Part shown: positions 12,701 to 24,551 of the stretch, piece by piece
How the letters are laid out: the number at the start of each line of letters is the position of its first letter
Position numbering within the stretch: position 1 is the stretch's first letter
From: Takakia lepidozioides
Taxonomy: Eukaryota; Plantae; Bryophyta
Length of the DNA stretch: 64,000 nucleotides
Assembly (NCBI GenBank): GCA_030704615.1
Contig: CM060734.1
Coordinates: forward strand, 53,878,001 to 53,942,000
Direction of reading: 5' to 3'
Program-made: the position numbers and the translations under genes
The notes under the pieces: generated by a model
What the model was told of the DNA's origin: nothing
The model's input: the letters and a program-made list of their open reading frames with translations, nothing else
Databases searched by the model: none

Positions 12701-12956
12701 TGTCGACATGTGCAGGAGTCCGCGTGCTTCCACTTGCCCTCCAGGGCTATCACACCTATTTGGACTTCTTTCCAGTCCTCCTCGGTCTTGCGTGCTACCT
12801 GTCTATGCGGAGGCACTCGCAACAAGCATGACCGTTCATGGCACTCGGAGTCCACCCATCGACGGCCGTGGTAGAAGACGTGGTGTTGGGGCCAGAATCT
12901 TTGTGGATAACATAGCACAGGAGGTCGAGACTGATTCTGATGACTGTGACACTTGA
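6760..12956 (+). pseudogene. Multi-exon accessory gene: acidic N-terminus, ParB/Srx-like domain, beta-class N4C/N6A DNA methyltransferase fold
   Basis: In-frame GT-AG junctions at 7104/8848, 9442/9538, 9730/9843, ~11428/11514, ~11852/11978, ~12263/12380 and 12569/12716. Motifs: FHVWDGNHRLLAW; ELIILDIPDG (motif IV-like); RERSPAFIQTIVECCT (motif X-like); VLDLSMGTG|ALYHAC...FGIEGD (motifs I-II). Frameshift near 9060 and stops near 10083 and 10278. Confidence 0.7.
7230..8753. repeat. Tandem array of 13 palindromes GCTCAAACAGTGTGCG-N4-CGCACACTGTTTGAGC, mostly 116-bp period, in intron 1 of the accessory gene
   Basis: Copies start at 7230, 7346, 7462, 7577, 7693, 7809, 7925, 8041, 8157, 8273, 8389, 8571 and 8718. 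Linkers are homologous to each other. Confidence 0.95.
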
Positions 12957-13529
12957 TATGAAGTTTTCTTTTGGTTTTATTCGGGGCCAAATTTGAAATG
13001 GGATGGTTGTGTGTCCTTGTTGTCCTGTTTGCAATGTGTGCGTGGAATGCACATTAATGGGAACAAACTATTGTGGAGATGGGGGTTGCATGGACTGCCC
13101 GGATTGTTCCTTCAATCTATTTAGTGTTTTCTGGACCTCACAGACTTGAGTGCATTGCAAAAACAAACAAACGACTTTGGTTCGTGTACAACATTCTCGC
13201 ATCATTTGGTCGTTGGTCTCCAAACCATTCCTGCTAGAAGAATGGTTGGTGAATCCATCACGGTGAAGTCCACCTCATCAAAGAGCTGTGAGGCATTCTC
13301 AAATCTAATGAGCATCCATGATGCTCCCGCACATACCTGGCATGTTCGCAAGGGTGGTGAGTAAGAAAAGAATTCGCAAGGTTCCGCTTTAGATCATGTC
13401 AGTGTGCACCTCCTCACGACATACCCACATAAACTTGTGAGGGCTTGGTATGTTGATAACGTCTGCATGGATGCAATGGAAACAATGGATGTAACATATC
13501 CACTCTGCATTCCCGGGAAATGGCTGATC

Positions 13530-13664
13530 AACCCGCGGAAATAGGTGACACCCGCAGAAATAGGCCCTGTATGTATGTTGACGTGGCGTGAGCCTGTGCT
13601 GGGCTCACGGTTTCCTGGGCTCACAGGCTCACGGCTCTAGGCTCACGGAATAGCACCCCCCCCC
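13530..13664. repeat. MULE right terminus with subterminal GGCTCAC(G/A)G and CGGAAATAGG repeats
   Basis: Four GGCTCAC copies plus one inverted copy. Terminal sequence similar to the ends at 178 and 23355. Confidence 0.7.
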
Positions 13665-15560
13665 ATCAAGTGCAGCCCCAGCCAAGAAGAAACAGTGATC
13701 AGGACCACTATGGTAGGCCTGGTGGTTATAACAATGGCATGGAAGGGAGAGGTAATCCAAGAGGGAATTACCAAGGAAATTCCAGAGGCAACTATCAGGG
13801 TAATCCAAGGGGGGATTACCAGCCAAGGAATCAAGATTACAGAAATAATCCTAGAGCAGACCTAGGGCGAGGACCTAATGGGGAAGAACTGTGTTACTAT
13901 TGTAATCGGGCAGGCCATCGCAAGGCAGCATGTCCATTCTGGATCAGACACCAGAATGAGATGAGAGCTCCTGTGAATGAGGGGCCAGTGGTGGCAGCTC
14001 ACATGGTTAGGCCATGTATTGTACCAGAAGTAAGTACAATGTTAGTAACAACAAGCAAAGCCAAACTAATACCTCCAGTAGATGAGGAAGATGATGATAA
14101 TGAAGATGGCAGTGATGTGCCTGAAGATGATGAGGCTTGGAGAGATGAGAAGGAACTGCACAAGGAAGTGGCAGATACCATAAGGGAAATGCAGAAGAAT
14201 ACTGATATTCCTATGGCTGATTCCTCTGATTCTGAAAGAGAAGAGGAAGTGAGTGAGGATGAAGGGAAGAAAGAAGCTGCAGACATGTAGAGTAATGAAG
14301 GGACTTTGGCTGAAGTAATATGCCAGTCCAAAGCAGAGATTACCATTGGACAGCTATTGGCTGTGGCACCTTATTGTAGACACAGGCTGTATCAAGCAAT
14401 CAATTGAATTGCCCATGTGCCAGGGAACACAGACCTGAACAGCAAGGTGACCAGTTATAATGTGAAGCCGGACGGGTGAGAAACAGTCATGGACTTTAAT
14501 GATTCTATGCCAGTAATCCAATTGAGAATTGGAAGCACAGAACTAACTGATGTACTGATAGATAGAGGCTCTGGAGTGAATATCATGACAGACCAATTAA
14601 GGCAGAAGCTTCGTCTAAGTAACATGAAACCAGCCCCATTTACAGTAACAATGGCAGATCAAAGAAGTGTACAGCCATTGGGATTGATAAGAGGAGTTAA
14701 GATACAGATTCAAAAGATGATCTTTATGATCACAATAATTGTGTTAAAAATGGATGAAGTCATGGAAGCTTATTCCTTATTGTTGGGACGTCCGTGGCTG
14801 AAACATGCCAGGGTATTCCATGACTGGAATTCCCAGTTACTAACTGTGCATAATGGGATGCACAAGATACAAATTACCACTAAGAAATCTAGTAGATTAC
14901 CTGCTACGAGAAGACCTCAAGGGGTCAGGGAGTATGACTGGAGGGGAGGACTGGATGAGGAGCAGGAAGCTACCCTGTTCACTGCACACCCAGAGTGGGA
15001 GAAGGTTGCAGAGATGCAGCTGGAAGGCCTAAGTTGTTTAAAAGGTATCTGCTGTGGTGTAGTGACAGCAACACCAACTGAAGGTGAAATAAGCAGTTAC
15101 CCACCACATTTTTATGAAGAAAGAGAAGGAGAAATGGAAATCCTAGAGGAACCAGCCACTGTGAGTTTACAGGATGAAGTGGTGACTGGTTGGACAATCA
15201 CAGCTGATGAGCAGGTGAGAGAAGTGAATGTGGGAACTGAAGAGGAACCGAGGATGGTGAAGGTAAGGGCTGATTTGGAGCCAGAATTCTTTGAGGAAGC
15301 TAAGAGTTTGTTCATCAAATACACAGATGTATTTGCTTGGAGCTACGAGGATCTAAAAGGGATACCACCTGAGATCTGTCAGCATAAGATTGAACTGGAA
15401 CCAAGGTCAGTACCAATCAAATAGACAAGGTACAGAATGAATCCCAACTATGCACAAAAGGTTGGAGAAAAGATCAAGAAGTTGGCTGAGGCTAAGTTTA
15501 TATACTCGATAGAGTATACAACTTGGTTGTCACCCATTGTGATAGTTCCCAAGAAGAATG
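13665..15560 (+). pseudogene. Gypsy gag C-terminus (CCHC knuckle), aspartic protease and start of RT
   Basis: CYYCNRAGHRKAAC; VLIDRGSGVNIM...LLGRPWL; WLSPIVIVPKKN. In-frame stops present. Confidence 0.85.
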
Positions 15561-16525
15561 TGTCGAGCGGCTTTTACTCACCCATCCCTTCGCTATCCGA
15601 GGTGGGAACTCCAAGATAGAAGAGTTGGATATCTCCAAGCACTCAGCCCGCTCAGAACAATCAGTCATGACCTACAGCTAGTGCATCATGGGAGTGATTC
15701 ATGTTTGTATTCCTTGTTGTCTTCATGGCAGCTAATTACCTTATTGTTTATATTCAAGCATCAGATTGCTTCAGCAAACTACCAGGTTCCAATTACTCAT
15801 CCATTCATTCCACAGCTTCACTCAGATCTCTCTACACAGTGTGAGTATGAAATGTGTATCAGATTAAGATCTATCAAGTATCAGGCTGAAGCCATAGTGT
15901 CCCTAGTCTACCCTACAGTATATCTCTACAGCTTGCATGTAATATCATCAAGTCATCATCTCCTCTTCTGTGTAATCGTCATCCCTGTGCTCCAAGATCG
16001 TGCCCCCCCCTGATGTCTAAGAAGTGATCCAAGAAGTGATCCCCTGAAATCCCCGCTCTTCGCTTTATCTACCTACAAGTTGTTCTAACCGCCTTGCTCA
16101 CTAACCGTCACCCCTGAAGTAACATATTCCCTCTCCAGATGTCGTTCCCACACAGTCGTTCCCTGTCCATGTTAACCGTTCCCCCTGTACTGTGACAACT
16201 GTGCAAAATTGCGTTGGGCTGTGTGAAGCTGTGACTGGCTGTGACGGACTGTGACAACTGTGACGACTGTGACGGGCTGTGACTGGCTGTGTCAGATGTG
16301 TCGGGCTGTATCGGGCTGTGTTGGCTGTGGCGGCTGTGACTGGCTGTGTCGGGCTGTGTAAAGCTGTGGCAGGCTGTGATGGGCTGTGTCGGGCTGTGTA
16401 ACCCCCCCCCCCCTAAAGCCCACTGCTGTCACCCCTAAGGCTCCTGTTGGTCTCAGTCTGTGTAAAAATTAAGGGTACCCCACAGAACCCGTAAAAGCGT
16501 TAAAGTCCCAAGCAGCCCTCTAACA
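15561..16525 (-). mobile_element. Solo LTR of the same Gypsy family inserted antisense into RT
   Basis: Termini TGTCGAGCGGCT...AGCCCTCTAACA. TSD GAATG/TAATG (4 of 5). Removing it restores PKKNGKLRVC. Homologous to 179-931. Confidence 0.9.
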
Positions 16526-19285
16526 TAATGGTAAACTGAGAGTTTGTGTGAACTATAAGAAGTTGAAGGCTTGCACGAAGAAAGATCCTTTCCCTTTGCC
16601 ATTCACAGAAGCGGTATTGGACACTATGGCAGGCCATGAGATGTACTCATTCATGGATGGCTTCAGTGGTTATAATCAAGTGCAAGTGGCAGAAGAAGAC
16701 CAGGGAAAGACAACTTTCATCACAGACTGGGGTGCCTATGCATACAAAGTCATGCCTTTTGGACTTTGTAATGCACCAGCAACCTTTCAGAGAGTGATAA
16801 GTGAATCTTTTCATGAATATCTGGATGATTTCATGCAGGTGTTCTTGGATGATTTCAGTGTGTACAGCTCTAAGAATGAGCACTTGCATAAATTGGAGTT
16901 ATGTTTGGCCAGATGCAGGATGAGAGGTCTGGGCCTGAATCCAGAGAAGTGTACTTTCTGTGTGAACTCAGGGGTGCTTTTGGGACACATTGTGTATAAG
17001 AGGGGACTTCTTGTGGATCCCAGGAAGACAGAGGCCATTAAAGCCTCTCCACCACCAGTAAATGTTAAAAGTCTAAGGAGATTCCTTGGACAAACCAGTT
17101 ATTACAGAAGATTTGTCGAAAGGTATGCACAGATAGCAGCACCATTGAGCAAGCTTATGAAGAAAGATGCAGTGTTTGCATGGACAGCTGAATGTAAACA
17201 GACTTTTGAGGAACTTACATTGTCAGTAACAACTACACCTGTGCTGATTAATCCTCACTGGCATGTAGTATTTAATGTTCACTGTGATGCCTCAGGAGAA
17301 GCGTTGGGAGCGGTGTTAGCCCAAAATGTTACAGGAAATATAGATTCACCGGTGTACTATGCTAGCAGGTTGATGAACAGTGCTGAAAGGAACTATAGTA
17401 CAACTGAAAGAGAAGCACTGGCAATGATTTATGCAGTCAAGAAATTCAGGCATTACCTATTGGGAGAAAGTTTATGTTTTATGTGGATCACCAGGCTCTG
17501 ATATATCTGGTGAACAAACCTTTGATAAGTGGAAGGATAGCAAGGTGGTTAATAATCTTGCACGAGTTTGAGTTTGAAGTTGTTTACAAGCCTGGCCGTT
17601 TGCATCTTGTGGCAGATCATTTGTCACGCCTAACAACAGGAGAGCCCGCCACAGGAGTAGACGACCAATTGCCTGATGCGAGTTTATTTGCAATGGAGGT
17701 GCAAGGAAGTGTAGATGAATGGTTAGATTGGCAGTGGCCAATCAGATACTACCTTACTCATGGTCAGTGCCCACCTAGTTATGGTAAGGAGTAGAGGAAG
17801 ATAATCGCTATCAAGGCTTTACCTTATACTATGGTAGGGGGCAGAATGTATAAGCTAGGACCTGATGGAGTACTTAAACGATGCTTGCACCACCATGAAG
17901 TAAATAAAGTTTTGGAGGAAGTTCATAAAGGAGTGGCTGGAGGACATTTTGGAGAAGAGACTACCAGTAGGAAGATATTACTTGCAGGTTATTGGTGGCC
18001 TACTTTGTTCATGGATGTACACAAGTATTGTCAGAGTTGTGATGAATGTCAGATGCTAGGACCCTTGCAGAGATCTGGGAAGATGGCTTTGCATCCTACG
18101 ATGCCTACTGAACCATTTCAGAAATGGGGACTAGACTTTGTTGGACCAATTAACCCACCGGTCAAGAATACACATAACAAGTATATAATTACAGCCACTG
18201 ATTATACTACGAAGTGGGTGGAAGCTAAAGCTTTGAGGGACAACACAGCCAAGTCCACAGCAAGGTTCCTGTATGAGAACATACTTACACGATTTGGCTG
18301 TCCCTTGGAATTTATCAGTGACCAGGGAAGTCACTTCATTAATGAGACCATTGAACTATTGACTAAAGAGTTCATGATTGTGCATAGGAAGAGTACAACG
18401 TATTACCCACAAGGTAATGGGCAGGCAGAGGCTACCAACAAAATACTATGTACTATCTTGGCTAAGATAGTCAATGCAAACAGAACAGATTGAGATACAA
18501 AGCTGCTGACAGCTTTGTGGTCATACAGGACTTCATATAAAGTCACCACTAAGTATACACCATTCCAATTAGTTTATGGTATGGAAGCTTTACTTCCAGT
18601 GGAATTTTTGTTACCTACCATGAGAACGGAATGGGGAAAGAGAATGGAATTGGAAGATTCAATTAAGGTCAGGAAACATGAATTATACCATGTGGAAGAA
18701 GTACGTGTTGATGCAGCTGATAACATGACCAGAATTCAGATGAAGAGGAAGGAACAGTTTGACGAAGGCAAATTAAAGACTTTTAAGACGGGGGATTTGG
18801 TTCTCTGGTTGCAGAAGAAGGGGAAGATTAAAGCTTCTAAGCTTAAATCACCATGGAAAGGACCTTATGTCATACAGAAGATGTATGATAACAACACCGC
18901 CATGTTACAAACCATTAACAAAGAGATGCTGGGAAGAGTCAATGCCAATAAGTTGAAGGGGTACAGTGGTATCCATGACAAACCATTGCAGCACGATTTG
19001 CATGTTGAAACGCAAAAGCAGTCACAGGCTGCGCCAGTGATACCAACGGAGTATGGAGCACTTGTCGCTAAGCCGAGCGTATATGACCAGGGCGGGCAGT
19101 ACAAACATGACACAGCCTATCACAACCCATCACAGTGTGACACAGCCTATCACAGCCCATCACAGTGTGACACGGCCTATCACAGCCTATCACAGCGTGA
19201 CACAGCCTATCACAGCCCATCACAGCGTGACACAGCCTATCACAGCCTACCACAACATGTCACATCCTATCACAGCTTACCATAG
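16526..19285 (+). pseudogene. Gypsy reverse transcriptase, RNase H and integrase (disrupted)
   Basis: YSFMDGFSGYNQ, MPFGLCNAPATFQR, FLDDF, HCDASG, TEREALA, H..GHFG..C..C, WGLDFVGP, SDQGSHF, PQGNGQAE, WKGPY. Frameshift near 17480 and stops. Confidence 0.92.
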
Positions 19286-19320
19286 TGCCACACAGCCTGT
19301 CACAGCTCAACACAGCCTAT
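19108..19320 (+). repeat. 30-bp minisatellite built from CACAGCC decamers, downstream of integrase
   Basis: GACACAGCCTATCACAGCCCATCACAGTGT units. Translates as repeated CDTAYHSPSQ. Confidence 0.85.
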
Positions 19321-20022
19321 CGGGGTTACACAGTCCATAGGATCAGTGTCAGGTGTGCGTGGGTTAACATCCGGAGAGTGGCCGGCGGAAAAGTGGACGG
19401 AGGCAGGTTTAGAAATGGACACGTGGACGCCAGGGCGAGACACACAGCCGGACATGAATTGCAAGAACGAGTGTCATCAAGAAAGAAGACAAAATTGGCC
19501 GTCAAAGTACCTACCCGACACGTTAACCAAAATTTATTGTGGCCCCATTAATGCATACAGGAAAAGGGTAACGGAACCCTTTGCAAGTACAGAAAAGCGA
19601 AATCCTTGTCACATAGGCTATCCTAATGGACAGTCCAGGGGGGAAAATCCACGGAAGGGAATTAAATTACAAAATCAATCACAAAGCCAACAGTCAATCA
19701 TAAGCCAGGATTACCTGCACAGGGTAATTTCCAAGAAGCAAGATCAAGAATTTAGAGGGATTCTGAGCGCAAGAGTCGGCGTCGTTATAAGTAACGGGCG
19801 TCTCGACGGGAGAGACAATCAAAGCTATAGCTTTGAAGCTATGACGGAAATAACAGACTACACACTCGCATTACTACTTACGCAGTGGCACAGGGACGGA
19901 CGAACGGAGAGTACCTTTTCTCTAAATCGATACTTGCAAGCCCCACAGGCGTAAAGCACTTACCCATTTCATTTTGCGCCAACCATACTTTTATGCTTTG
20001 TGCCCTGCAGGCGTTTCTTTAG

Positions 20023-23000
20023 TTGTTGCAACCAAAACCTTTCTATTTGTCTAGAATGAAGAGAGTGAGAAGAATGGAGGATATCAGGGTGAAGAGCACC
20101 AGAATCTCACAGAAGCAAACGATTGCTACACCACAGGCGGTGCAGCTACTGAAGGAGCTGCGATTGGAGGGATTGCTACGCAAAGACTGGTCCTTGCATC
20201 ATCGGCAGTTCATGATACAATTTCTTCAGAACTTTGAGCCTCGGACGGGAGTTACTCAGGTGAGGGGAGTAGATATAGAAATTACTCCCCAGTACCTGCA
20301 GCAATTGTTTGATTTGCCATCAGGACATGTGGATGTGGATGAGCACAGGGCAAGATTGCAGATAGGGAATTTGTTCCAAGAAGAGAGTTTCTTTAAAACT
20401 CAAGGCTACGCTTGTACCAAAGCCGAGTACCCAGGGCTTAGGGAAGTTGGCCAAATATTGAACGTTCTGTTTGCCATGAAACATAACCAACAGTATTTGA
20501 GCAGGTCATTCACAGAGGAGATCCTGAAAGCTTTAAGGGGAGAGGATGTCGCTTGGGCGGAGTTAATGTACAACGGATTGGTGGACGAGATGAAGAGGTT
20601 ACAGGGCACTGCTGCTAAGTCACTGATCATTGTGTCCGGTCCAGTCATTGCCCAAATAATTCTTGATTCTTGCATACTTGATACTCGGGAACGTAAGGAG
20701 ATGGGAGTGTTTGAGGCAGAAACCACTGCAATTGAAGAGCAAGGCTCTTCACATGGTGAGGGTGGACTGACAACGCAACACCAGTCTAAGAGACAGAGGT
20801 GGGGTATGACTGTAGTGGCGGATCCACTGGCTTCACGGAAACCGCACGATAATGTTTCCCAAGCTCTTGTGCAGGATGGGGCACAGCAGCACAGAGAGCT
20901 GTTATTATTGGAAGCAGGGCCTTCAGAGAGGGAAGATGAAGTCACTTGGATACCACAGCCACCACAACCAATTCACTTAGTTGTTTTAGAGGTTCCACAG
21001 TTAGTATAAGCTGTGGCATCACCCCCAATTGCTCAGGAAGGAGAAATGTTGGACATTCCCACTACAGAGCAGGTCGTGGCCGAAATTGAAAAGGGTGACC
21101 TTCTCTATGAAAATTCTGGCTTGGTAAGGGAAACAATGATTCCAGAGGTGTAGCGGTTGTCCAGGGGAGACCCTGCTGTGCATGTAATACCCACACCTGT
21201 GACGGAGGTACCACAGGTAGAATATAAAGACACTGCATCACCTGTGACGGATGAGGTGGTTCAGGAAGAAAATCTGGTGGGGCAATGGCCTGAATGGTTC
21301 GTGAGGCATCACACTATTGAGGATCAGGGAGAACAGTAGCAAGCTCACCATGATGACCCTCAGCATGCCATGCTTATGAGTTCCATAAGCAGGACACTTA
21401 ATTTGTTGGGCACTTATGTGAAATCTCATGTTCCAGCTACCCAATTGGCAGCTTTGAGGGAGGAACTCAGGAAGGAGTTTGAGGCTCGACTTGCCACTGA
21501 GTGTGCAAACAAGGTTGATGAGGAGGTCATTGTCAAGTTGCAGCAAGAGTTAGAGGATACAAAAGCTGCTTTGCAGTTGGCCAATGAACATTTGATTGAA
21601 GTAGGCCTCACGCAGGACCAATTGCACGAAGCACATAAGCAACAGCTATACCAAATGCAGGTGAAGCATGAGAGCAAGTTGCAAGAAGTGAATGCACTAC
21701 ATACAGAGTTGCAGACAGTACATGAGAGGATGGCCATACAATGTGCTACACTCACAACTACTCTTCAGCAAACTACATTAGAAGTTAACAGACAAGCAGA
21801 GAGATGTATGAAGGCAGAGCAAGAGAATGTCGAGCAGACGCAACTCATTGTTGATATGAAGAATACAATCTATCGCAATGAGAATACTTTCAAGCAATAC
21901 AGGCAGGTTGAAGCTGACCAAGAGAGGTACATCCTGGAATTGCAACAAACGGTCATGGTAAATAGAAATGAACTCTCTGTGGCTAACAAGGCTTGGAAGG
22001 AAGCCAATAATTTGGCTGCTGCCTATGCGAGTTTGGTTGAACCTCATGCGAAGCGCATGGAGGCTTTACAGCAACAGTTAGATATGTACAAACTCAGAGA
22101 GGAGCAGACTCTCAGGGGTACCACAAGCAACTTGGTGGATAACCACCTTATGCAGGTCTGGTTAGCACAAGGGCCGGTGGAAGGCAAAGCACCACGGAAG
22201 CTCACCCAGGGCGAGATGAATGAGCTCAGACTGCAGGTGCAAAACATTGCCACAATTACTATAGACAATGTCTATAGTAGGATAGCGGAGCTACAGGAGG
22301 ATGTAGACGGCTTGCAGACTCAGGTGGAGGACCTGACTTCAAATATTGACAAGAGAGTCTTTGTACCTGAGGAGCAGCTGATGGCTACTTATTTACAAGC
22401 CAGTACTCTAATTTTTCAGTCTTCTTTGCAAGGGGTGCAGGAATGCCAGTGTTACCAATACCACAACAAGTGACTATGCCAGTCGATGACCCTGTTGTTA
22501 CTACAGCCACACCACAGCCGCCACAGCCTGAGGTATGGGGGGATGCTGTTTTTAACCCACCTAAGACTCCTGCTGCACGGGAGTATAGTCGGGCTATGAT
22601 TATGCCCTTCAACCAAATTCCCATTGTGTTGGATTTGGCTTGGAAGGAATTTAGTCCTCCGCAGTCGTTGGCACATTACTACCAGATCATGCACATTTGG
22701 CTGCCAGTGGCAACTAGGACTAAGGTTCTTCCGAACAATCGACCCATTGAGGATCATCACTTTGCGAGGTACTGGTCTGAAGCAAGTACCATGTTGAAGG
22801 AATTAATTGTCTTCCAAGTTGTACATGGGTACATTTATACCAAGACCAAGGAGGTAGCAAGTATTGTCATGGGCTGTGGATTATACTATGCTGCTTGTTT
22901 TCTGGCACGTTATCACATTGAGCAGCAGAAGATGCAATCGCGATTTCTGAGTTATTCCAGTGGGGATCATTGGGTCTTACCTTCAGTGCCACCTCATATA

Positions 23001-23354
23001 TACCTATATGAGGCAAAAGTTATGATGCAGAAGGATTCTCAACTTCGTTCAAGGTTTCATTCGGCTTGGAACAATTTGACAACACAGAAATTCGACCCTG
23101 ACGATATTTTCTTTAAGGGACATGAGGCATGGAAATACTTGCACTGTTCCCAAGTCATTGGCACACCTCTTACCTGTACAGATAAGGAGTTTAGGACATT
23201 CACTAATTTTGCGTGCCAGCGCTTGCAACAAGTTGTGCAATTTAAACTTCCAAATATGGTTGGACAACATTGTATGCCACAGAGGATTCCACTTAAAGTT
23301 CGGCCGTTAAAACACTTGAGGGGCGACGAGGATTCTGATACTACCGCTTCTTCA
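20023..23354 (+). pseudogene. Long extra 3' ORF of the Gypsy element (plant-transposon-protein-like N-terminus, coiled coil, unknown C-terminal domain)
   Basis: Consecutive ORFs 20023-21009, 21157-21339, 21370-22473 and 22443 onward, broken by stops or a frameshift. VRGVDIEITPQYLQQLFDLP motif; Q/E/L heptad-rich stretch. Cut at 23354. Confidence 0.6.
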
Positions 23355-23470
23355 GGGGGGCTGCTATTTCATGAGCGGCATGAGCATGAGCGGAAAAAAA
23401 AAAAAAACATGAGCGGGCCATTGTGTGTCCACGGAAATAGGGTTAGGAGGCACGGAAATAGGGTCATGTG
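23355..23470. mobile_element. Left terminus of a DNA transposon of the same family as 1-178
   Basis: GGGGGGCTGCTATTTCATGAGC followed by CATGAGC and CACGGAAATAGGG repeats. Its other end was not identified. Confidence 0.7.
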
Positions 23471-23701
23471 GACTCTCATAGCAATGAAATGCAACATTTT
23501 ATTGCAAATTTTGTGGCAAGCCACGTCTATACAAGTGTGTCCTAACTGACATAGCAGGAATGGGAACTACTCTCCTACACCTTTCGAGGAACTTGGCCCT
23601 CCTTCTTCCTCATCCCCCTCATCCCCCCCATCCTCCGAGCTCTGTGATGCATCGGTTGCACTATGCCTCTCAAAATTTCCGTCCTCTCCTTGGGGGACTG
23701 T

Positions 23702-24551
23702 CTACCTCACCCCCTTTCCTTTGTGAGCCATGCTCCAAACGTCTCTGTACTTTCTGAATGCGGTTTTAAAAGGCTTGAACATAGCCGCGTCAAGTGGCTG
23801 AAGTGCATGTGAGGTGTGAGACGGGAGTGTGATAAGATCCAGACCCACCGATCTTGCTTGCCTAATCACGTCAAGAGTGACATATGAATGATGGCCGTCA
23901 AGGATCAACAAGTGTCGGTTTGTCACGGTAATCTCATTGCCCATGGCCTTTGCCGATTCAATGAAATGAGAAATCCACTTACTGAACAATATGCTTGTCA
24001 TCCATGCCTTCTTTTGCATTGCCATTGTTGCTCCTGATTCGCATCTTGGTGGCACCAGCAAGTGCCTCGTCCGACCAATTCCCATTTTTTCTCCTCCTTG
24101 GAGCTCTCTTGGGACGGCCACCCCAATTCCGAGCTGGTGGAGGTGTAGTGTTGTGATCAGAGTCAGGAAATCCACGTTCAGCCACTCTAGATTGGTCTTG
24201 GTCCCGCATGCTAGTATCTCTCATGGTTTCCTCAGAACCTTGTCCAACATTGAATTGTACATTGGCCCATGCCGGATCTTGGCCCCACTGAAAATTTGCA
24301 GGATCATCGTCATCACTAACTTGACTGCCCTCACATGAATGCCTATCATCGTAAATGTCTCTCTCTTGCCCTGAATCACTGGAATGATTTTTGATATGTG
24401 CATCATCATCTATCTCAGTTTCAGGCAACAACCTGAACGCTTGAGAAGGCCTGAAATTTAGATCCATGACAATAAGCAGAAAGTGTGCAGTAGACCCCTT
24501 GTGGTAACATACTTGATCAGGCTTGCTACACCACCACATATCACACATCAC
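23702..24551 (-). pseudogene. Internally deleted pogo/Tc1-like (DDE_1) transposase fragment
   Basis: NWSDEALA (start of an HTH) abuts KAWMT...LLILDGHHS...LPSHTSHALQPLD...FKPFK. Confidence 0.8.

Larger units (their letters stand above)
2186..13664. mobile_element. Mutator-like DNA transposon (MULE) with transposase plus ParB/methyltransferase accessory gene; left end apparently missing
   Basis: Interrupts Gypsy gag. Two head-to-head genes. Right terminus GGCTCACGGAATAGCACCCCCCCCC with GGCTCAC repeats. No matching left TIR or TSD found; left boundary approximate. Confidence 0.75.
179..23354 (+). mobile_element. Degenerate non-chromoviral Ty3/Gypsy LTR retrotransposon, truncated at both ends, with nested insertions
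   Basis: Order is LTR, PBS, ORF1, gag (CCHC), PR, RT, RH, INT, 3' ORF. No chromodomain. No 3' LTR is seen before the transposon terminus at 23355. Confidence 0.85.

Noticed and set aside
19346-19954. 202-aa ORF after integrase
   Set aside because: Non-ATG start, no recognisable motif, probably spacer or promoter DNA.
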